DNA of 64,000 nt, taken from Parcubacteria group bacterium Gr01-1014_3 (GTDB lineage Bacteria > Patescibacteriota > Minisyncoccia > UBA6257 > WO2-44-18). This document shows positions 18,912 through 27,860 of this stretch, one piece after another; the stretch's first letter is position 1; each line of letters begins with the position of its first letter. Where the stretch lies: positions 13,673 to 77,672 of the forward strand of contig VMGF01000002.1 in assembly GCA_007376445.1 (NCBI GenBank), written 5' to 3'. The translations under genes were made by a program, and so were the position numbers. The notes below the pieces were generated by a model, which saw only the letters and a list, made by a program, of their open reading frames with translations, did no database searches and had not been told where the DNA came from.

Positions 18912-20147
18912 ATGACGAAGCCGATCAAATTCTTATCAGTAGCCATTCTGCTGATGTTGGCTTTAGTCATCGCGCCGGATTCGCGCGCGGCATCCGTGGA
19001 TCTCCTCAAGGAAGCCATCCAGGCTAAAACCAAGTCGCTTCAGGAGATAAACAATCAGATATTGGCGGTTCAAAGGCAACTAGAGCTTAAGCAGGGCGAA
19101 AAAAGCACGCTCGAAAAAGAACTGAAGAAGCTTCAATATACCGCTAGCCAGCTTGATCTCAGCATCAAGGCCAGTCAAATTTCTATTGAAAAGCTCGGGT
19201 TGGAGTTAGGCTCACTCAGGTCAGACATCGATAAGACTCAAAGCTCCATAGGAATTAAAAGAAGCTCGGTGCTTCAGCTGGTCCGGGAAATGGCCGAGCG
19301 GGCCCGGAGCGGACTTCTTTTGGCGCTTCTCCAAAATAAAAATCTTTCGCAGGCGGTCGCCAAAAGCCAAACTATTAAAAGTCTGAATGGTCAGCTGGCA
19401 CTAGAGGTGGTGTCTCTGAAGGAGTTGAATAGCAAGCTGGATGGACAGTTCAAACAAACCAATTCGAAAAAACAGGAGATCGAATATGAAAACAAGAATC
19501 TTAAGAATCGCCGATCGATCCTGGAGAATGTTAAAACCGAACAGCAAACTTTATTGGCTCAGACTAAAAATCAGGAAAAGCTTTATCAGCAGCAGCTGAC
19601 CGACCTTGAGAAAAAACAAGCTGGAATCAGCGATGAGATCGATGTGATCGAAGACGAATTAAGAAAAAACTTTGATCCGACCCTGCTTCCGGTAAAGCGT
19701 CCCGGCGTGCTTGCCTGGCCGGTAAGAAGTCCGATCATTACTCAAAAATACGGTGAGGTTTCTTATCTATATCGTGGTAAAGCGCACAATGGCATGGATC
19801 TTGGTATGCCGATCGGCACGGAAATTGTGGCGGCCGATGATGGTGAAATCATGGCGGTTGGCAATAACGGCCGCTATCAGTACGGAAAATATGTCCTGAT
19901 AAAACACCCCAACAGCCTCGTGACGCTTTACGCCCATCTTTCTAATAATCTGATTGTGAAGGCTGGCCAACAAGTAGAGAGGGGGCAGTTGATCGGTTAT
20001 AGCGGAAATACCGGCTACACGGTTGGCCGCGGGCATCTTCACCTAGGATTATATTGGGAGCCGAGCGTTCGCTTGGAGAATTTCCCGGCTTGTAACTGTG
20101 GCTTAGTGCCTATTGGCATCACCTTAAACCCACAGGATTATCTGTAA
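18912..20147 (+). CDS. M23 (LytM-type) peptidase with long N-terminal coiled coil (EnvC-like)
   Basis: Signal peptide. ~250-aa coiled coil. HNGMDLGMPIGTEIVAADDG and GNTGYTVGRGHLHLGLY motifs. Confidence 0.8.
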   Translation: MTKPIKFLSVAILLMLALVIAPDSRAASVDLLKEAIQAKTKSLQEINNQILAVQRQLELKQGEKSTLEKELKKLQYTASQLDLSIKASQISIEKLGLELGSLRSDIDKTQSSIGIKRSSVLQLVREMAERARSGLLLALLQNKNLSQAVAKSQTIKSLNGQLALEVVSLKELNSKLDGQFKQTNSKKQEIEYENKNLKNRRSILENVKTEQQTLLAQTKNQEKLYQQQLTDLEKKQAGISDEIDVIEDELRKNFDPTLLPVKRPGVLAWPVRSPIITQKYGEVSYLYRGKAHNGMDLGMPIGTEIVAADDGEIMAVGNNGRYQYGKYVLIKHPNSLVTLYAHLSNNLIVKAGQQVERGQLIGYSGNTGYTVGRGHLHLGLYWEPSVRLENFPACNCGLVPIGITLNPQDYL

Positions 20148-20180
20148 TACTTAGCCTCGTTAGAGTGTTATAATAGGTGT

Positions 20181-20348
20181 ATGGAGCTATTAGGCCAGGT
20201 TTGGAGCGTATTTTTAGCCGTGGCGGCTAAATTAACCCACTGGGTGTTGGTTTTAGTGGGGCCTATTTATGAAGGAATCGCCGGCCTAATAATCGCGTTT
20301 TTGAAACTTTTATTGTCGATTGGTAAGACTTTATTAACACTTTTGTAA
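20181..20348 (+). CDS. small hydrophobic protein (55 aa), below the ORF-track cutoff
   Basis: ATG at 20181 is preceded by AGGTG. Product MELLGQVWSVFLAVAAKLTHWVLVLVGPIYEGIAGLIIAFLKLLLSIGKTLLTLL. Stop is in TAATATG context with the next gene. Confidence 0.35.
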   Translation: MELLGQVWSVFLAVAAKLTHWVLVLVGPIYEGIAGLIIAFLKLLLSIGKTLLTLL

Positions 20349-20349
20349 T

Positions 20350-21078
20350 ATGGCTAAACCTTTTTTGTCGGTTATCATTCCGGCTTACAACGAAGCGGAT
20401 CGTTTGCCCATCACCCTGATCGACATAGATAAACATCTTTCCCAGCAGGAATATGACTACGAAATTATCATAGTTAACGACGGATCAAAAGATCAGACCG
20501 CGGAAGTGGTGGCCAAGTTCGTGAATCTTATAAACAATCTACGGATCATCAATAATCCGGACAATCGTGGCAAGGGCGCGGTGGTGCGGCAGGGGATGCT
20601 CGCGGCCAAAGGAAACTGGCGGGTGTTTATGGACGCGGACAATTCAACTTCGGTCATCGAATTCAATAAAATGCTGCCGTATCTGAAAGAAGGTTACGAG
20701 ATCGTGATTGGTTCTCGCGGCGTGCGGGGCGCTAAGCTGCAACCGGCTCAGCCGATCTATCGGCAGATCTTCGGAAAACTGGGTAATATCTTTATTCAGC
20801 TGGTTCTTTTACGGGGTATCTGGGATAGCCAGTGCGGATTTAAATGTTTTTCGGAAGAATCGGCCAACCGGATCTTTCCGAGAATGAAGATTAATCGGTG
20901 GGGGTTTGATGTCGAAGCTTTGGCGCTGGCACGAGCGATGGGATATAAAATCAAAGAGTTGCCAATAACTTGGGCTAATGATCTGCGTTCGCACGTTACC
21001 ACCAAGGCGTATTTCCAGGTTCTGTGGGACACTGTGAAGGTTAGATGGTGGCTCAAGAAGAAGAGGTATCAAAGTTGA
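20350..21078 (+). CDS. family-2 glycosyltransferase (polyprenyl-phosphate sugar synthase-like)
   Basis: LSVIIPAYNEADRL, IIVNDGSKD, DAD motif. ~240-aa GT-A domain. Confidence 0.8.
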   Translation: MAKPFLSVIIPAYNEADRLPITLIDIDKHLSQQEYDYEIIIVNDGSKDQTAEVVAKFVNLINNLRIINNPDNRGKGAVVRQGMLAAKGNWRVFMDADNSTSVIEFNKMLPYLKEGYEIVIGSRGVRGAKLQPAQPIYRQIFGKLGNIFIQLVLLRGIWDSQCGFKCFSEESANRIFPRMKINRWGFDVEALALARAMGYKIKELPITWANDLRSHVTTKAYFQVLWDTVKVRWWLKKKRYQS

Positions 21079-21134
21079 CGATTTTGTACATTATCGAGTA
21101 TCATTTATACTTAATACTAAATAAACACAGAACA

Positions 21135-21235
21135 ATTTTAAGTTTACAATTTTAAATTTTAATTTAATGTTCAAATTACAAAATTTAGAAATTAATCATT
21201 AATTAAAAATTGATAATTAAAAATTGAAAATTTCT
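21135..21235. repeat. diverged copy of AT-rich intergenic repeat (E)
   Basis: ttttaatttaatgttcaaattacaaaatttagaaattaatcattaattaaaaattgataattaaaaattgaaaattt aligns with the core of copies A and D. Ends at the greA start. Confidence 0.4.
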
Positions 21236-21244
21236 TAAAAACAT

Positions 21245-21700
21245 ATGCCTTACTATCTGACACCAGAACGTTTTGAAGAATTGAAAAGTGAATTGAATAA
21301 TTTAAAGACTGTCCGCCGCATCGAAGTAGCGGATCGTTTGAAGCGCGCCAAAGAACTTGGTGATCTTTCTGAAAACGCGGAATACACCGAAGCTCGCGAG
21401 GAGCAAACGGCTATTGAGACCCGTATTGTGGAGCTGGAGGAGATGGTGAAAAATGCCAGCGTGATACAGGGTGGCGTCGGCAAGGACAAGGTCCGCATTG
21501 GTTCAACCGTGGAAGTAGAGAAAAATAAGCAGCCGGCAAAATATAAAATTGTCGGTCCCGAAGAAGCAAACCCCGCGAGCGGTTTAATTTCCAATGAATC
21601 TCCGCTTGGTAAATCCTTTTTGGATAAAAAAGTTGGCGACACAGTTAAGGTCAAAACTCCTTCAGGCGAGGTTGCCTATAAAATACTCAATATTGAGTAA
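21245..21700 (+). CDS. greA: transcription elongation factor GreA
   Basis: YLTPERFEELKSELNNLK…ELGDLSENAEY. The C-terminal FKBP-like domain is present. Confidence 0.9.
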   Translation: MPYYLTPERFEELKSELNNLKTVRRIEVADRLKRAKELGDLSENAEYTEAREEQTAIETRIVELEEMVKNASVIQGGVGKDKVRIGSTVEVEKNKQPAKYKIVGPEEANPASGLISNESPLGKSFLDKKVGDTVKVKTPSGEVAYKILNIE

Positions 21701-23037
21701 TGTTAGACGATATTCTCAAAGAACGTTTTAAGAGAAGGGAACAGCTCATCGCGGCTGGCAGTGATCCATATCCGGCTACTATAAAACGCACAGCTTTAGC
21801 CGAGGCTGTGTTAAAGGATTTCGCGGCGCTTCTTAAAAAGAAAACGAAACTTACTTTAGCCGGTCGTGTCATCGGTTCGCGGGATCAGGGCAATCTGATC
21901 TTTGCTGACCTTTCCGATGCTTCCGGAAAGATTCAGATCATTCTCAAAAAAGATAATCTGAAAAATTATAAAGAGATAAAAGCCGGGATGGATATCGGAG
22001 ATTTTCTGGAAGTTTCCGGCATTGCCTTTAAGACAGCTCGGGGTGAGAAGAGTCTGGAGGTTAAATCCGCTCGGATTATCACCAAATCCATCCGCCCTCT
22101 TCCTTCGGGATGGCATGGATTTAAAGATGTCGAGGAACGCTTCCGTAAGCGTTATTTGGATCTTTTATTTAATCCAGACGTAAAAGACAAGGCGATCCGC
22201 CGTTCAGAAATTATCCGGGAACTGCGCGATTTGTTGGCTAAGGAAGGATTTTTAGAAGTAGAGACGCCGATACTTCAACCGGTTCCTGGCGGGGCGAAGG
22301 CTAGACCATTTGTCACGCATCACAACGCGCTCGATACCGATCTTTACCTTCGGATCGCTCCGGAGCTTTATTTAAAACGTCTATTGGTTGGCGGTCTGGA
22401 AAAGATCTTCGAGATAGGCCGGAATTTTAGAAATGAAGGCATGGATCGGGATCACAATCCGGAGTTCACGATGCTGGAGATGTACTGGGCCTACCAGGAC
22501 TATAAAGGCCTGATGAAGTTCGTCCAAAAGATGCTTAAAAAATATATTCCGGGCAAATGGAGCGTGGTAACTTTCGCGGAAATTTTCAAAAAACATTCCG
22601 GTAAAGATTATAAATCGGTTGACGCTAAAATCCTGGATGAAGTTTTTAAACACGAAGTCCGGCCAAAGATCATAAGTCCAACTTTTGTTATCGATTATCC
22701 GGAGTCGATTATGGCTTTAGCCAAGCTTAAACCAGAAAATTCCAGCCTCACGGAAAGCTTCCAGCTGATCGTGGATGGCGCGGAGATCGTAAAAGGCTTT
22801 TCGGAGATGAATGATCCGGTGATTCAACGCGCGCAGATGGAGAGGCAGGAAAAGGCTTTCCGGGCAGGAGATCAGGAATCAACGCGCGTAGACGAAGATT
22901 TTTTAGAGGCTCTGGAATATGGGATGCCGCCGGCCGCTGGTTTGGGTATTGGCATTGATCGTCTAATCGCGGTAGCCACGAAGACCAACGCGGTAAAAGA
23001 GATCATTCTTTTTCCGATGCTTAAGCCGAAGGAATAG
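21700..23037 (+). CDS. lysS: lysyl-tRNA synthetase, class II (short)
   Basis: OB-fold N-terminus. Class II motifs FRNEGMDRDHNPEFTMLE and GLGIGIDRL. Confidence 0.9.
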   Translation: MLDDILKERFKRREQLIAAGSDPYPATIKRTALAEAVLKDFAALLKKKTKLTLAGRVIGSRDQGNLIFADLSDASGKIQIILKKDNLKNYKEIKAGMDIGDFLEVSGIAFKTARGEKSLEVKSARIITKSIRPLPSGWHGFKDVEERFRKRYLDLLFNPDVKDKAIRRSEIIRELRDLLAKEGFLEVETPILQPVPGGAKARPFVTHHNALDTDLYLRIAPELYLKRLLVGGLEKIFEIGRNFRNEGMDRDHNPEFTMLEMYWAYQDYKGLMKFVQKMLKKYIPGKWSVVTFAEIFKKHSGKDYKSVDAKILDEVFKHEVRPKIISPTFVIDYPESIMALAKLKPENSSLTESFQLIVDGAEIVKGFSEMNDPVIQRAQMERQEKAFRAGDQESTRVDEDFLEALEYGMPPAAGLGIGIDRLIAVATKTNAVKEIILFPMLKPKE

Positions 23038-23097
23038 CTCTTGCTTTTTATTAGGAAGTTGCTATAATATAGCTCAGTTCTTTTATGGAGGTGGCGA

Positions 23098-23442
23098 ATG
23101 CCCAGTGAGCGGCAGAAGCATCTTTTGACTCTTTTTATGACGCAGAATATTTTATCCGCGGAAATTGCCGAAAAATCTAACGGCACCATCCTTATCAAAT
23201 TCGAGGACGGATCGTTTGTGGTTTTGCCTGAAGGAACGGAATACAGTTTATCTGAAAGATTCCTTAAGGCAATGCTCCCTCAACCGGTTGATAGGGTCGC
23301 CCATGCCGGACACTTGATCAATCCGTTCGAAATGCCAGAAATGAAGCTGGGAAAAGAGGCGTCATCGACACCAGCCTGCCTTGGCGGAGGCAATACCTGC
23401 CATCCCGAAGCCACGGAATCATATCCTGGCCCCGGCGTCTAA
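23098..23442 (+). CDS. hypothetical protein
   Basis: RBS GGAGGTG upstream and an intrinsic terminator downstream. No recognisable domain. Confidence 0.4.
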   Translation: MPSERQKHLLTLFMTQNILSAEIAEKSNGTILIKFEDGSFVVLPEGTEYSLSERFLKAMLPQPVDRVAHAGHLINPFEMPEMKLGKEASSTPACLGGGNTCHPEATESYPGPGV

Positions 23443-23452
23443 AACACCAAAA

Positions 23453-23477
23453 CCCCGAGCAATCGGGGTTTTTTTAT
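23453..23477 (+). terminator. rho-independent terminator
   Basis: ccccgagcaatcgggg hairpin followed by a T-run. Confidence 0.7.
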
Positions 23478-23502
23478 TTCCAGCCTCTGATATAATAGAC
23501 CT

Positions 23503-24804
23503 ATGCTCGACGTTAATTTGTTAAGAACTAATTCCGAAGAACTTAAGAAAAAACTTGCCACAAAAAACGTTGACCCGAAGATGGTTGATGATTTTTTAGG
23601 ACTAGATACAAAATGGCGCGAAGCGGTTAAGGCTACCGAAGCCTTGCGCGCTCAATTAAATAAATTAAGCAAAGAAAGGAAAATTGATGAAGCTAAAGTC
23701 GTTAAGGAAAAATTAAAAGCCTCAGAGCAGTCCTATCCGGAGTTAGAAAAGCAAAGATTGGCCGCGCTAAAAGCTTTACCGAATCCACCGCTTCCGGATG
23801 TTCCGGTGGGTGACGAATCTAAAAGCGTGGTTTTACGAGAAGTTGGCGATAAGCCCAAATTCGATTTTCCAGTTAAAAATTACATCGAGATCGGTCAGTC
23901 CTTGGATATTATCGATACTGAAAGAGCCGGAAAAGTCTCCGGAAGCCGCTTTGGCTACCTAAAAGGCGCTGGCGCCCTGCTCGAATTCGGTCTAATCCAG
24001 CTGGTGGTTGATTTCGTGACTAACGAGAAAAATATCGCGAAAATTATTAAAGAACAGAAGCTTTCCATCAAGCCGTCGGCTTTTGTGCCGGTCATTCCGC
24101 CGGTGCTTATTAAGCCGGAATCTATGCAGGCGATGGGTTACGTGGAAAGAGGGGGCGATGAGATCTATTTCCTAGAGAAAGATCAACTCTACCTAGTTGG
24201 TACTTCGGAGCAGTCTATTGGCCCAATGCACATGAATGAGACGCTAGATAAAGAAGCCTTACCGGTTCGCTACCTAGGCTTTTCTACCTGTTTCCGCCGC
24301 GAAGCCGGGTCTTATGGTAAAGACACAAAGGGCATTCTCCGTGTTCATCAGTTCGATAAACTGGAGATGTTCACTATCTGCCTTCCGGAAAATTCCGGAG
24401 AGGAGCATAAGCTTTTGTTAGCCATCGAGGAAAAACTGATGCAGATGTTGGAACTGCCTTATCATGTGCTTCACATCGCCACTGGTGACCTCGGCGATCC
24501 CGCGGCGGCAAAGTACGACATCGAAGCCTGGTTACCAGGTCAGCGGGAAGGCGCTGGTGAGTATCGCGAGACCCACTCCACTTCCAATACCACCGACTAT
24601 CAAGCCCGAAGACTAAATATAAGAATTAAGAATCAGGAATCAGGAATTAAGAATGAGTACGCCCATATGCTTAATGGCACCGCCTTCGCGATTGGCCGTA
24701 TTATTATCGCTATTTTGGAAAATTATCAGACCAAAACTGGTTCGGTTAAGGTTCCTAAGGCTCTGCGGGATTATTTGCATCTTAAAGAAATCGGCGTAAA
24801 GTAG
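23503..24804 (+). CDS. serS: seryl-tRNA synthetase
   Basis: N-terminal coiled-coil arm. Class II motifs (FRREAGS, GSGLAVGR-like NGTAFAIGRIIIAILENYQ). Confidence 0.9.
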   Translation: MLDVNLLRTNSEELKKKLATKNVDPKMVDDFLGLDTKWREAVKATEALRAQLNKLSKERKIDEAKVVKEKLKASEQSYPELEKQRLAALKALPNPPLPDVPVGDESKSVVLREVGDKPKFDFPVKNYIEIGQSLDIIDTERAGKVSGSRFGYLKGAGALLEFGLIQLVVDFVTNEKNIAKIIKEQKLSIKPSAFVPVIPPVLIKPESMQAMGYVERGGDEIYFLEKDQLYLVGTSEQSIGPMHMNETLDKEALPVRYLGFSTCFRREAGSYGKDTKGILRVHQFDKLEMFTICLPENSGEEHKLLLAIEEKLMQMLELPYHVLHIATGDLGDPAAAKYDIEAWLPGQREGAGEYRETHSTSNTTDYQARRLNIRIKNQESGIKNEYAHMLNGTAFAIGRIIIAILENYQTKTGSVKVPKALRDYLHLKEIGVK

Positions 24805-24828
24805 AAAAGTACCTTCAAATAAAAAGAG

Positions 24829-25182
24829 GTGGCCGTGAGAAAGATGCTTCACTGGCTTTTTTCCCGAAAAGTAGTCATCTTCTGGGTGTGTTTTTCGACG
24901 ATCTATGACCTGATCTTCACTTACGTGGTTTTTCGCCTGCATCCGGAGCTTCTCCAGAATAATGGAGAATATAACACTTTCGTCCGCGACCTAATTCAGA
25001 CCTACGGACTGGACTACGCCTTGCTGGTGATCATGCCGCTGATCATGGCGTTCGTGATCTTGATGGGATACCGGTTCTGGAATTTTAAACTCGTAAGATT
25101 TTATATGTACTTTCTCTTCGTGGCTAGAATCGGACTCTTTATTTATAACTTCTTCGTGATCTATACTCTCGCGAAATATTAA
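24829..25182 (+). CDS. hypothetical membrane protein
   Basis: 117-aa ORF with 3-4 hydrophobic segments. Confidence 0.4.
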   Translation: MAVRKMLHWLFSRKVVIFWVCFSTIYDLIFTYVVFRLHPELLQNNGEYNTFVRDLIQTYGLDYALLVIMPLIMAFVILMGYRFWNFKLVRFYMYFLFVARIGLFIYNFFVIYTLAKY

Positions 25183-25210
25183 AGCCCTGCTAGTTAAAGC
25201 AGGGCTTTTT
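25182..25210. terminator. bidirectional hairpin terminator
   Basis: aaagccctgctagttaaagcagggcttttt. The hairpin overlaps the stop codons of the two convergent genes. Confidence 0.6.
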
Positions 25211-25819
25211 ATTCATCCTATACCAATCAATCAAACCTTCCACGGCGATCCAGGCGTCTGTCGCGTACTTCTTGCCAAACCGGACAGGAATCATCAGGTT
25301 CACCAGATTCTGAAAGACGACCAGCGAAAACGCGAGGACCAGTGAAAGCGGCGCCTCGATTCCGGAAATGGCTTTCAGGGTCTGATAGCCCAGCCAGATC
25401 ACTAGGCAAGGGATCAGCACCGCTAACGGACCGGCGATGGCAATAATAAACCGCTCACGAGGATGTCGCCGTGGGTAATAAAACGCGTCCGCCCGGTTTT
25501 TCTCATCTTCGGAATCGCCCAGCTCGCCGACACTTCTCGATTCCGCCATAAGGGTCGGAATACCGAGGATAAGCCGAGTGCCATTCGAAAGAACGCGGGA
25601 ATAGAGGTTCAGGAAACCAAACTTTAGGAAGCGAACCCCAACCCCGAATTTCCGCTGAAAGTAGAAGTGGCCCATCTCATGAATCAGCATCTCCAGCATC
25701 ATAAAAAACACAATATAAATAAAAACCGCTTCCCAGTAATAAGGGGACACACCGTCCCACCACTTGCAAAACGCGTCGAGCAAGCGAAATAGCGGCGTGT
25801 TGAGAGTGAGCATAGGCAC
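25190..25819 (-). CDS. membrane zinc metalloprotease-like protein (HExxH, M50-like)
   Basis: LIHEMGHFYF lies within a hydrophobic segment. Multiple TM segments. No clear LDG motif. Confidence 0.45.
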   Translation of the reverse strand: MPMLTLNTPLFRLLDAFCKWWDGVSPYYWEAVFIYIVFFMMLEMLIHEMGHFYFQRKFGVGVRFLKFGFLNLYSRVLSNGTRLILGIPTLMAESRSVGELGDSEDEKNRADAFYYPRRHPRERFIIAIAGPLAVLIPCLVIWLGYQTLKAISGIEAPLSLVLAFSLVVFQNLVNLMIPVRFGKKYATDAWIAVEGLIDWYRMNKKPCFN

Positions 25820-25888
25820 CTTTCCAAGTTAGGGGTTTTGTGAGATTATTAAGGAACTTAGCGATAAATATACCATAAAATAAGTAAA

Positions 25889-27007
25889 ATGTCCACACCA
25901 AATCTTAAAGTCTGGGTTGAGATCGATAAAGCGGCCGCGAAACATAACTATCAGAAAGTCCGCTCGCTGATCGATAAAAAAACCAAATTATGGTCAGTAG
26001 TTAAGTCCAATGCTTATGGTCATGGCCTGGCGGCTTTCGCGTCTTTAATAAATGAGCTTGGCGCGGATGGTTTCTGTGTTGATAGCGTGATCGAAGGCGT
26101 GAAGCTCCGTGAGCAGGGGATTCGAAAGCCAATTTTAGTACTTGGACCGACCTTCCCGGGTCTTTTGGCTGATGCTGTGGCAAACGATATCATGATCACA
26201 ATTTCTAACTTTGATGCGCTCGACGAGCTAAACAAGAGCAAGTTCAAACCGAAGTTTCATTTAAAGCTTGATACCGGCATGCACCGCCAAGGATTCTATT
26301 TAGACGAATTACCGGAGGTAATTTCCACAATTAAAAATTTAAAATTTAAAATTGAAAATTGCCTGACGGGTGCCTACACGCATTTCGCTTCTGCCAAGGA
26401 CATTAACTACCCAACCTTTACCGATCTTCAATTCGCGGCTTTTCGCGCGGGAATTGAACAGCTAGAAAAAGCTGGTTTCAAAAATCTGATCAGGCATTGC
26501 GCGGCCAGTGGCGCCACTGTGATAGATAAAAAGTATCACCTGGACGCCGTACGTACCGGTATCGCTCTTTATGGTCTCTGGCCGTCAAAGGAGTTGGATG
26601 TCCAGCTTAGCGATGAGATTGAATTGAAGCCAGTATTGTCCTGGCATGCCTTAGTCAGCGAAGTTAAAGATGTAGAGGTTGGAGATTATGTTGGTTATGA
26701 CCTGACAGAAAGAATGGTTAAGGATGGTAAAATCGCGGTTATCCCGATCGGTTATTGGCATGGTTTTCCGCGCGCGCTTTCGGGTGTCGGTGAAGTTTTG
26801 ATCAATGGCGATAAAGCTAAAGTGCTTGGTCGCGTCTCGATGGATATGATCGTGGTGGATGTGAGCGATATTAAGTGCGAAAGAGGGGATGTGGCAACCT
26901 TGATCGGAAAAAACCTCCCTGTTTATAAGATGGCTGAGAAGATTGGCGCCTCCCATTATGAGCTTATTACCCGGATAAACCCGCTTATCGAAAGAGTGGT
27001 ACAATAA
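25889..27007 (+). CDS. alr: alanine racemase
   Basis: PLP-lysine motif VVKSNAYGHG. C-terminal beta domain with the conserved Tyr region. Confidence 0.9.
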   Translation: MSTPNLKVWVEIDKAAAKHNYQKVRSLIDKKTKLWSVVKSNAYGHGLAAFASLINELGADGFCVDSVIEGVKLREQGIRKPILVLGPTFPGLLADAVANDIMITISNFDALDELNKSKFKPKFHLKLDTGMHRQGFYLDELPEVISTIKNLKFKIENCLTGAYTHFASAKDINYPTFTDLQFAAFRAGIEQLEKAGFKNLIRHCAASGATVIDKKYHLDAVRTGIALYGLWPSKELDVQLSDEIELKPVLSWHALVSEVKDVEVGDYVGYDLTERMVKDGKIAVIPIGYWHGFPRALSGVGEVLINGDKAKVLGRVSMDMIVVDVSDIKCERGDVATLIGKNLPVYKMAEKIGASHYELITRINPLIERVVQ

Positions 27008-27013
27008 TGGTGA

Positions 27014-27805
27014 GTGGACTATTCATTCCTCAAAAACAGGCAAAAAGCACGCCGTAGGCTTAGGATAAAGCTATATTTATGGATTGGGGCAGCTGTTTTA
27101 GTCCTGGTTTTAGGCGTTTGGGCTTTTTTAAAAGCGCCTTTTTTTATTATTAAAGAAATTGAGGTTACGGGCCTTACTAAGCTTACCAGCGAGGATGTTT
27201 TGGACGAACTCCAGGCGTCTATTTTACAAACCGGATGGGCCAGGGCACTAGGCGTACGGCACTTCGCGGCTTGGCCGACTCAAATGCAAATACCTAATCC
27301 ATTGATCGCGAAAGTTGATATAGCGAAGCACTATTTGAATAATCGCCTTGAAATTAAAGTTCAGGAGCAGGAATATTTTTCGGTTTGGTGCCGTATTAGC
27401 CAGAATAATGGAACTAACTGCTTCTGGTTAAATGAAAATGGTGTCACGGTGGCTCCCGCGCCTGATACTGAAGGCGCATTGATCTACCGGGTCGTTGAAA
27501 AAAACGAAAATGAAGCCGCGCTTGGTGAAGAAATCATTAATCAGCGCGAATGGCCAAATATTAAAAATATTTTAGAAAGTTTGTCAGATCTTTCGTTAAA
27601 AATTAAAGAGTTTGTTTATAATGGGCGTCTGCAAGAACTGATTGCTTACGGCACGGCCGGAGAAAAGCTGATTTTTAGCACTCGCTTAAACTACGGCGAA
27701 AAAGTCTTAGGCTACATCAAAACCTCCGCCGAGAAAGGGGATTTGAAGCGTTCCGAATATCTCGATCTGACGGTGGAGAATAGGATTTATTTAAAACCTA
27801 GATAA
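27014..27805 (+). CDS. ftsQ: cell-division protein FtsQ/DivIB-like (TM + POTRA)
   Basis: N-terminal TM followed by IKEIEVTGLTKLTSEDVLDEL POTRA-like start. Size ~260 aa. Confidence 0.55.
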   Translation: MDYSFLKNRQKARRRLRIKLYLWIGAAVLVLVLGVWAFLKAPFFIIKEIEVTGLTKLTSEDVLDELQASILQTGWARALGVRHFAAWPTQMQIPNPLIAKVDIAKHYLNNRLEIKVQEQEYFSVWCRISQNNGTNCFWLNENGVTVAPAPDTEGALIYRVVEKNENEAALGEEIINQREWPNIKNILESLSDLSLKIKEFVYNGRLQELIAYGTAGEKLIFSTRLNYGEKVLGYIKTSAEKGDLKRSEYLDLTVENRIYLKPR

Positions 27806-27860
27806 CCCACTACCCTACTTGTCATTGCGAGGGTAAACCCGAAGCAATCTTACTTTGAAG

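Noticed and set aside
24601-24660. AT-rich stretch in serS (aatataagaattaagaatcaggaatcaggaattaagaat) that looked like a repeat insertion
   Set aside because: Its translation RLNIRIKNQESGIKNEYAH matches the length and pattern of the canonical SerRS segment (RRLxIRYR…G…HTLNG). It is therefore ordinary coding sequence, not an insertion.
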